From the NCBI RefSeq assembly GCF_049060185.1, contig NZ_JBMEQO010000002.1: a stretch of 64,000 nucleotides of DNA; one strand, 5' to 3'. Shown piece after piece: positions 58,321 through 64,000 of the stretch (within the stretch, counting starts at the first letter, position 1; the number at the start of each line of letters is the position of its first letter). The notes beneath the pieces were generated by a model. It made no database searches. It saw only the letters and a program-made list of their open reading frames with translations, and was not told the DNA's origin. A program made the translations under genes and the position numbers. This stretch comes from Nannocystis pusilla. GTDB taxonomy: Bacteria > Myxococcota_A > Polyangia > Nannocystales > Nannocystaceae.

Positions 58321-59703
58321 CATGAAGCGCCATCAACTCAGCCGTCGCACCCTGCTCCGCGGCGTCGCCGGGGGCACCTCCGTCGCGCTCGCGCTCCCGC
58401 TGCTCGAGGCCATGCTCAACTCGAACGGCACCGCCCACGCCGACGGCACCGCCCTGCCGCGACGCATGATCACCTGGCACTTCGGCAACGGCGTCGCCCT
58501 CGTCGACCCCGCCGACGTCGGCAAGGGCAACCGCTGGGCCCCCGCCGAGACCGGCCCGAACTACCCGCTGACCCCGCAGCTCGCCGCGCTCGAGGGCGTG
58601 CGCGACTACTGCAACCTCCTCACCGGCTTCGACATCAAGGCCTCGTCGAAGCACCGCCGCGGCCACCACGACGGCTGCGCCGGCTTCTTCTCCGGCTACC
58701 CGTTCATCGAGCTGCCGCACGCCGAGAACAGCTACTCGTCGAAGTTCGGCGGCCCCTCGATCGACCAGGTCGCCGCCGCCGCCGTCGGCGCTCAGACCTT
58801 CCTGCCGTCGCTGCAGCTCGCGGTGTCGAAGCGGGTCATCGGCGGCGAGGGGCCGACCCTGCAGTACCTCTCGCACAAGGGCCCCGACCAGCCGCTGCCG
58901 CCCTTCTTCAACCCGCAGGAGGCGTTCGCCGCCCTGTTCGAGAGCTTCGTCCCGCCCGACGACCCGACCAAGGGCCCGCGCGTCGACATCCTCGACGCCG
59001 TGCGCGAGGACGTGAAGGCGCTCAAGCTGCGGGTCGGCAGCGCCGACAAGCTCCGCCTCGACGCCCACCTCGCCAGCGTCGAGCAGATCAAGAAGCAGAT
59101 CGAGACCCTGCCGCCGGCCTGCACCTGCCGGGCATGCCGATCGAGACCAACATGGACATCGACGGCGCCGAGCCGATCGAGCTCGTCAACGCGGCCATGG
59201 TCGACATCATCATCGAGGCGTTCCGCTGCGACCTCACCCGGATCGTCAGCATCCAGTTCTCGGGCTCGGTCGGCTACCACATCTTCAAGAGCCTCGGCCA
59301 CGCCAAGGGTCACCACGACATGACCCACGACACCGCCGACAACGAGGCGGTCGACCAGTGCACGATCAAGACCGTCGAGTGCTTCGCGGTCCTGCTCAAC
59401 CGCCTCAAGGAGACGGTCGAGGGCGACGGCAACCTGCTCGACAACTCGTGCGTGATCCTCGGCAGCGACGCCGCCTCGGGCTACACCCACAGCGTGTTCG
59501 ACCAGCCCTGCATCGTCGCCGGACGCGGCGGCGGCACCCTGCGCTACCCCGCCGAGCACTACCACTCGCCCTCGAGCGAGAACACCTCCGACATCCTGCT
59601 CGCCTGCCTGCAGTCGGTCGTGCCGGAGGCCACCGAGGTCGGCGCCACCAACGCCGACGGCGACGGCTACTCCAACACCCCGTGCGCCGCCCTCCTGGCC
59701 TGA
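58321..59703 (+). CDS. DUF1552-family protein with a twin-arginine signal peptide (usual partner of DUF1592 proteins). One frame change.
   Basis: MKRHQLSRRTLLRGVAGGTSVALALPLL...; ...HHDMTHD.... Confidence 0.7.
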   Translation, partial: HEAPSTQPSHPAPRRRRGHLRRARAPAARGHAQLERHRPRRRHRPAATHDHLALRQRRRPRRPRRRRQGQPLGPRRDRPELPADPAARRARGRARLLQPPHRLRHQGLVEAPPRPPRRLRRLLLRLPVHRAAARREQLLVEVRRPLDRPGRRRRRRRSDLPAVAAARGVEAGHRRRGADPAVPLAQGPRPAAAALLQPAGGVRRPVRELRPARRPDQGPARRHPRRRARGREGAQAAGRQRRQAPPRRPPRQRRADQEADRDPAAGLHLPGMPIETNMDIDGAEPIELVNAAMVDIIIEAFRCDLTRIVSIQFSGSVGYHIFKSLGHAKGHHDMTHDTADNEAVDQCTIKTVECFAVLLNRLKETVEGDGNLLDNSCVILGSDAASGYTHSVFDQPCIVAGRGGGTLRYPAEHYHSPSSENTSDILLACLQSVVPEATEVGATNADGDGYSNTPCAALLA

Positions 59704-59950
59704 AAGACATCTGAACCTGTCCGCAAGGACAGACCGTGCGGCGAGGTCGGCTCACCCGGCCTCGCCGCAGTCGCGACGTCGGGCCGACGCTCGCGACCGC
59801 CGCCGCCGCGCATCACCTGTCCCGCAGGACAGGCTCCGATCGACCGCGCGCGTCGCCGAGCGCTCCTGACCTGCCCTCAAGGACAGGCACCGACCCTCTC
59901 TTCCGAGCGCGCCCCCCTCCGCACCGCCTGACGTGGAGGACATCTGACCG
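59700..59950. repeat. REP-like palindrome cluster (4-5 hairpins, for example CTGTCC-GCAA-GGACAG at 59717..59732).
   Basis: Read in the sequence. Confidence 0.75.
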
Positions 59951-60244
59951 CCCGACCCGCCGGAACCGGGCGGGGTGATCTACGGCCGCCGGCCCCCAGG
60001 GCCCCGGATGCCCCCGGACCCAAGGGGTTTTCTCGCCGTCCGGCGCCTTTCGCGCAACCCCGTACGACGCCAAACCGCCGCGGAGGTGGCCCTGCGGCCG
60101 CTTTCGCGGAACGCGTGCAACCCGCGACGTGCTCGTCCCCGCGGAACGGCAGGACCGCTTTCTCGCCGACTCCCCACCGATCGGACCCCGGCTCCATGTA
60201 GTGTGGTCCTGCTCGCTGATCGCGGCCCCGAGAGGCACACCGAG

Positions 60245-60628
60245 ATGAACCTGAAAGACGTGAATTCGACCCTCACCGAGATCGAAGACGGCCTGATGGG
60301 CGGCCTCGCCACCATCGACGTCTTCAGCAAGACGTCCGGTATGTCGGTCGCCGGCATCCGCAGCTCGCCCAAGGCGTGCGCCCTCTTCAACATCCTCTGT
60401 GAACGAATCACGGAGGCGCTCAAGAAGTCCCAGCTGCCGGTGCCCGACTTCGTCTATCAGACGCTCCTGCGCCTCGGCGAGGAGGGCAACGTCATGATCA
60501 TCGTCGTCGACCTGACCGACAAGTACCGCATGGGCATGGCCGTCGACTGCATCAAGGCGCCGCTCGGCATCCTCGTCAGCGTCGTCCTCCCGGACACCAT
60601 CCCGCGGCTCCGCAACTCGCTGCGCTGA
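60245..60628 (+). CDS. Roadblock/LC7-domain protein (MglB-like, 127 aa). Intact.
   Basis: MNLKDVNSTLTEIEDGLMGGLATIDVFSKTSGMSVAGIRSS...NVMIIVVDLTDKYRMGMAVDCIKAPL..., the size and pattern of the longin/roadblock fold. Confidence 0.6.
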   Translation: MNLKDVNSTLTEIEDGLMGGLATIDVFSKTSGMSVAGIRSSPKACALFNILCERITEALKKSQLPVPDFVYQTLLRLGEEGNVMIIVVDLTDKYRMGMAVDCIKAPLGILVSVVLPDTIPRLRNSLR

Positions 60629-60720
60629 ACCGCGCCCGAGCCCCGTCCGCCCGGCGTCCCGCGACTCCGGGCGGCTTCGTCGCGACCGCGCTCCGACGCT
60701 GAATCTCCCGCAGCGCCGGT

Positions 60721-60860
60721 TCGCCTGTCCGAAGAGACAGCCCGCCTGGAGCGCCGAGCGCCTGTCCGCAGCGACAGCTTAGCCGCGAACCGCCTGTCTG
60801 AAGAGACAGCTTCTCACAGACAGTAGGGACACCGTCCGCATCTGTCCGAAGAGACAGCCA
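60721..60860. repeat. Array of 4 hairpins CGCCTGTCCGAAGAGACAGC (CTGTC-N7-GACAG) with 12-28-bp spacers between roadblock (+) and HxlR (-). REP/BIME-like, not CRISPR.
   Basis: Periods 37, 32 and 48 bp. No cas genes. Confidence 0.75.
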
Positions 60861-60931
60861 CCTCGCAGCCGAAACGCTCCGCCTCGCTCGCGCTCGCCGG
60901 CGGCCGCCGTCCTCGGCTCACCGCGCCCCGC

Positions 60932-61312
60932 TCACTCCGCGCTCGCCGCCTCCCGCCGCGCCGACCAGCGCAGCAGCGAATCGAGGGTCGGGCACAGCGA
61001 CTGGCCCCAATCGGTCAGGCGGTATTCGACGCGCGGAGGTACCTCGCCGAACACCTCGCGCTGCACGAGTCCGTCGCTCTCGAGCCGGCGCAGCTGCTGC
61101 GCCAGCATCTTCTGCGACACCTCCGGAATGGCGCGTTCGAGCTCCGAGTAGCGCAGCACCTTGCCGCCGAACAGGTTGAACAAGATCCGCAGCTTCCAGC
61201 GCCCCTCGAGCAGCGCCAGCGCCTCGCTCACCGCCTCGGCCGCCGCTTCCGGCGTCAGCAGCTCGGACTTACCTGCGGGTGAGTGGCTGACTTTTTCGTG
61301 CGTACTTGTCAC
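60932..61312 (-). CDS. HxlR-family (MarR-like winged-helix) transcriptional regulator, divergent from the SDR gene.
   Basis: GRWKLRILFNLFGGKVLRYSELERAIPEVSQKMLAQQLRRLESDGLVQREVFGEVPPRVEYRLT. Confidence 0.8.
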   Translation of the reverse strand: MTSTHEKVSHSPAGKSELLTPEAAAEAVSEALALLEGRWKLRILFNLFGGKVLRYSELERAIPEVSQKMLAQQLRRLESDGLVQREVFGEVPPRVEYRLTDWGQSLCPTLDSLLRWSARREAASAE

Positions 61313-61399
61313 TCCACCAGACTAGTCCCATCTTCGCGGTCCGAGCAATCGGCGGCGGCGAACGACGCGCCGCGCGTGCGCTCGCCCGGAGACTGACCT

Positions 61400-62200
61400 A
61401 TGAGCCAGGCAACGCCTCTCTTCTACGACCCCGCGATTCACCGGCAAGCGCGTCCTCGTCACCGGCGGCACGCAGGGCATGGGCGCCGCGATCGTGCGCC
61501 GGCTCGCCGCCGGCGGCGCCTCGGTCGCCACCACCGCGCGCTCCGCCTTGCCCGAAGGACAGGAGCCGGCCCTGTTCGTGCAGGCCGACATCTCCACCCG
61601 CGAAGGCGCCGAGCGGGTCGTCCGCGCCGTGACCGACGCCTTCGGCGGCCTCGACATCCTCGTCAATAATGCCGGTGGTTCGACCGCTCCGGCGGCGGCG
61701 CCCTCGCCCTCGACGACGACCAGTGGCGCCACGAGCTCGACCTCAACCTGCTCGCCGCCGTCCGCTTCGACCGCGCCTTCTTGCCCGGCATGGTCGCCCA
61801 GCGCTACGGCGTCATCCTCCACGTCTCGTCGATCCAGCGGCGCATGCCGCTCTACGAGTCCACCCTCGCCTATGCCGCGGCCAAGGCCGCCCTCAGCACC
61901 TACAGCAAGGGCCTCGCCAAGGAGTTCGGCCCCCAGGGCGTGCGCGTCAACAGCATCGCCCCCGGCTACGTCGAGACCGCCGCCGCCCACGCCCTCGTCG
62001 TCCGCCTGGCCGCCGAGGCCGGCACCGACGAGGCCACCGCGCGCAACGGCCTCATGACCTCGCTCGGCGGCATCCCGATCGGCCGCCCCGGCCGGCCGGA
62101 GGAGGTCGCCGAGCTCGTCGCCTTCCTCGTCTCCGACCGCGCCGCCTCGATCCACGGCAGCGAGACCACCATCGACGGCGGCACCGTCCCGGTCGTGTAA
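61400..62200 (+). CDS. Short-chain dehydrogenase/reductase (SDR). 2 frame changes.
   Basis: KRVLVTGGTQGMGAAIVRRLAAGGASV...LVNNAG...; YAAAKAALSTYSKGLAKEF (YxxxK). Confidence 0.75.
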
Positions 62201-62207
62201 CGACATG

Positions 62208-62243
62208 TCCTTCGAGCATGTCGCCTGCGACATGCTCGAAGGA
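62208..62243. terminator. Perfect 16-bp inverted repeat TCCTTCGAGCATGTCG-cctg-CGACATGCTCGAAGGA between convergent SDR and ALDH genes. It contains the CATGTC motif of the repeat family.
   Basis: Read in the sequence. Confidence 0.6.
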
Positions 62244-62255
62244 ACATCCATGCGC

Positions 62256-63677
62256 TCACCGCACCACGAGCATCCGGATCTCCGACATGTCCTCGATGGC
62301 GAAGCGCAGCCCTCGCGGCCGAGACCGGACTCCTTGACCCCGCCGTAGGGCATCGGGTCGGCGCGGAACGACGGCACGTCGTTGATGATCACCCCGCCGA
62401 CCTCGAGCGAGTCCCAGGCCTGGTGCATGCGATCGATGTCGCGGGTGAACACGCCCGCCTGCAGGCCGAACTTGCTGTCGTTGACCTGCCACAGCGCCTC
62501 GTCGAAGCTGGCGAACTCCTGCAGCAGCGCCACCGGCCCGAACGCCTCCTCGGCGGCGATCGGCTGGTCGCGCGGCACGTTCTCGAGCAGCGTCGGCGCC
62601 ACCATCACCCCGTCGCGCTGGCCGCCGCACAGGAGCCTGGCGCCGGCCTTGACCGCACCGTCGATCCACTCGGCGATCCGGCCCGCCTCCTTCTCCGAGA
62701 TGATGGGCCCGATGAAGGTGTCCTCGTCGCGCGGGTCGCCGACGCGCAGCTCGTTGGTGGCCGCGACCAGGCGCTCGCGCAGCTCGGCGTAGATCGACGA
62801 GTGCGCGATGATCCGCTGCACGCTGATGCAGCTCTGGCCCGACTGGTAGAACGCCCCGGTGATGAGCCGTGGCACCACCTTCTCGAGGTCGGCGGTCTCG
62901 TCGACCACGCAGGCCGCGTTGCCGCCGAGCTCGAGCACCACCTTCTTCTTGCCGGCGCGGGCCTTCATCGCCCAGCCGACCGCTGGCGAGCCGGTGAAGC
63001 TGAGCAGCTTCAGGCGGTCGTCGCTGGCCAGCGCGTCGGCGCCGGCGCGCGGGCACGGCACGATCGACCATGACCCTTCGGGCAGGTTCGTCTCCGCCAG
63101 CACCTCGCCGATCAGCAGCGCCGAGATCGGGGTCGCGCTGGCCGGCTTGAGCACGAACGGGCAGCCCGCGGCGATCGCCGGCGCGATCTTGTGGGCCGCC
63201 AGGTTGAGCGGGAAGTTGAACGGCGAGATCAGCGAGCACGCGCCGATCGGCACCCGCTTCCACTGGCCGCGGTAGCCTTGCAGGCGCGGGCTGCTGGCCA
63301 TCGCCAGCACCTCGCCGGCCGGGCGCGTCACCTCGGCCGCCGCCGCCTTGAACGTCTCGATCAGACGGCCCACCTCGCCGCGAGCGTCGCGGATCGGCTT
63401 GCCCGCCTCGATGCACAGCACCCGCGCCAGCTCGGCCGCGCGCTCCTCGAACCGGCGCGCGCAGTGCTCGAGCGCCGCCTGGCGGGCGTAGGGCGGCAGC
63501 GCGGCCATCGCCCGCGTCGTCCCGGCGGCAGCGGCGATCGCCGCGTCGAGCGTGCCCGGATCGGCCTGAGCCACGCGGGCCGCCTCCTCGCCGGAGAACT
63601 TGTCCAGCACGGGCAGGTCGAAGTTGGCCTGCACCGCGCGGCCGCCGAGGAACAGGGGATACGTCTCGCGGAGCATG
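62256..63677 (-). CDS. NAD(P)-dependent aldehyde dehydrogenase. One frame change near the 3' end.
   Basis: MLRETYPLFLGGRAV...; FTGSPAVG; ELGGNAACVV; catalytic YQSGQSCISVQR. Confidence 0.8.
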   Translation of the reverse strand, partial: HAPRDVSPVPRRPRGAGQLRPARAGQVLRRGGGPRGSGRSGHARRGDRRCRRDDAGDGRAAALRPPGGARALRAPVRGARGRAGAGAVHRGGQADPRRSRRGGPSDRDVQGGGGRGDAPGRRGAGDGQQPAPARLPRPVEAGADRRVLADLAVQLPAQPGGPQDRAGDRRGLPVRAQAGQRDPDLGAADRRGAGGDEPARRVMVDRAVPARRRRRAGQRRPPEAAQLHRLASGRLGDEGPRRQEEGGARARRQRGLRGRRDRRPREGGATAHHRGVLPVGPELHQRAADHRALVDLRRAARAPGRGHQRAARRRPARRGHLHRAHHLGEGGGPDRRVDRRCGQGRRQAPVRRPARRGDGGADAARERAARPADRRRGGVRAGGAAAGVRQLRRGAVAGQRQQVRPAGGRVHPRHRSHAPGLGLARGRRGDHQRRAVVPRRPDALRRGQGVRSRPRGLRFAIEDMSEIRMLVVR

Positions 63678-63684
63678 CCTCGGT

Positions 63685-64000
63685 TTACACCACCTCGGGA
63701 CCGGCAGCGACCGCGCCCCGCAGCAGCGCCCCGCGGACGAACACCGCGCGGGCGGGCGCCGCGTCGCGCCGGAACGCCAGGGCGTCGAACAGCCCGTCGG
63801 CGGCCGCGATCTCGGGCGCGTCGATCACCGCCAGATCGGCGGAGTAGCCGGGCTGCAGGCAACCGAGCTCGGCTGCCATTCCCAGCGCGCAAGCTCCGCC
63901 CCGGGTCGCCAGCCACAGCAGCTCCTCGGCCGTCGCGGGCGCCCCGGCGATGAGGCTCGCGTCGTAGGCGCTCGCGACCACCTGGCGCAGCGAGAAGCTG
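63685..64000 (-). CDS. Amidohydrolase-family protein, C-terminal part only; the gene continues beyond the window end.
   Basis: ...LLWLATRGGACALGMAAELGCLQPGYSADLAVID... matches the C-terminal motif of metal-dependent amidohydrolases (deaminase/chlorohydrolase group). Confidence 0.5.
   Translation of the reverse strand, partial: SFSLRQVVASAYDASLIAGAPATAEELLWLATRGGACALGMAAELGCLQPGYSADLAVIDAPEIAAADGLFDALAFRRDAAPARAVFVRGALLRGAVAAGPEVV

Overview
High-GC (~70%) chromosomal segment with gene content typical of a myxobacterium. This is an inference from the many Ser/Thr kinases, an FHA-sigma54 activator, a MglB-like roadblock protein and lipoproteins with an Asp/Phe at +2 after the lipobox Cys (possibly Sorangiineae-like). 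It is dense in signal-transduction and cell-envelope genes. These include a CheB/CheR-PAS-HisKA-REC hybrid kinase, a ~1900-aa STK-AAA-TPR-GAF-histidine kinase with a coupled CheY-like regulator, a STAS partner-switching protein, a LysR regulator, a PfkB kinase, MTA phosphorylase and a gamma-glutamyltransferase. There is also a czcCBA-type heavy-metal RND efflux operon, a second Ser/Thr kinase, a TonB system (TonB_C/TBDR, lipoprotein, ExbB, ExbD, an Ala/Arg-repeat protein, TonB), tandem Cys-rich lipoprotein paralogues, VWA lipoproteins and an ECF sigma/anti-sigma pair. The window ends with an alpha/beta hydrolase, a DUF1592/DUF1552 pair, an orphan roadblock/LC7 protein and an HxlR-SDR-ALDH block. 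No rRNA, tRNA, CRISPR, transposase or integrase gene was recognised. Three things stand out. First, almost every long gene must be read through 1-5 frame changes (about 1 per kb). This pattern looks like homopolymer indel error in the assembly rather than real pseudogenes, so all CDS boundaries are approximate. Second, a dense family of short palindromes (CTGTCC-N3-6-GGACAG, often CATGTCC..GGACATG) fills intergenic regions between about 22.7 and 62.3 kb. It also appears in-frame inside at least two coding regions. Third, two copies of a ~270-nt highly structured element (23.4 kb and 53.5 kb) show compensatory base-pair substitutions in two separate stems, so the structure is under selection. 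This points to an RNA or a structured MITE/terminator, and it is the most novel signal in the window. Other points of interest are a TonB_C-linker-TBDR apparent fusion, an acidic 52-aa peptide gene with a palindromic operator, a perfect 9-bp x7 repeat at the start of the STAS gene, and a low-GC islet at 6.5-8.5 kb.
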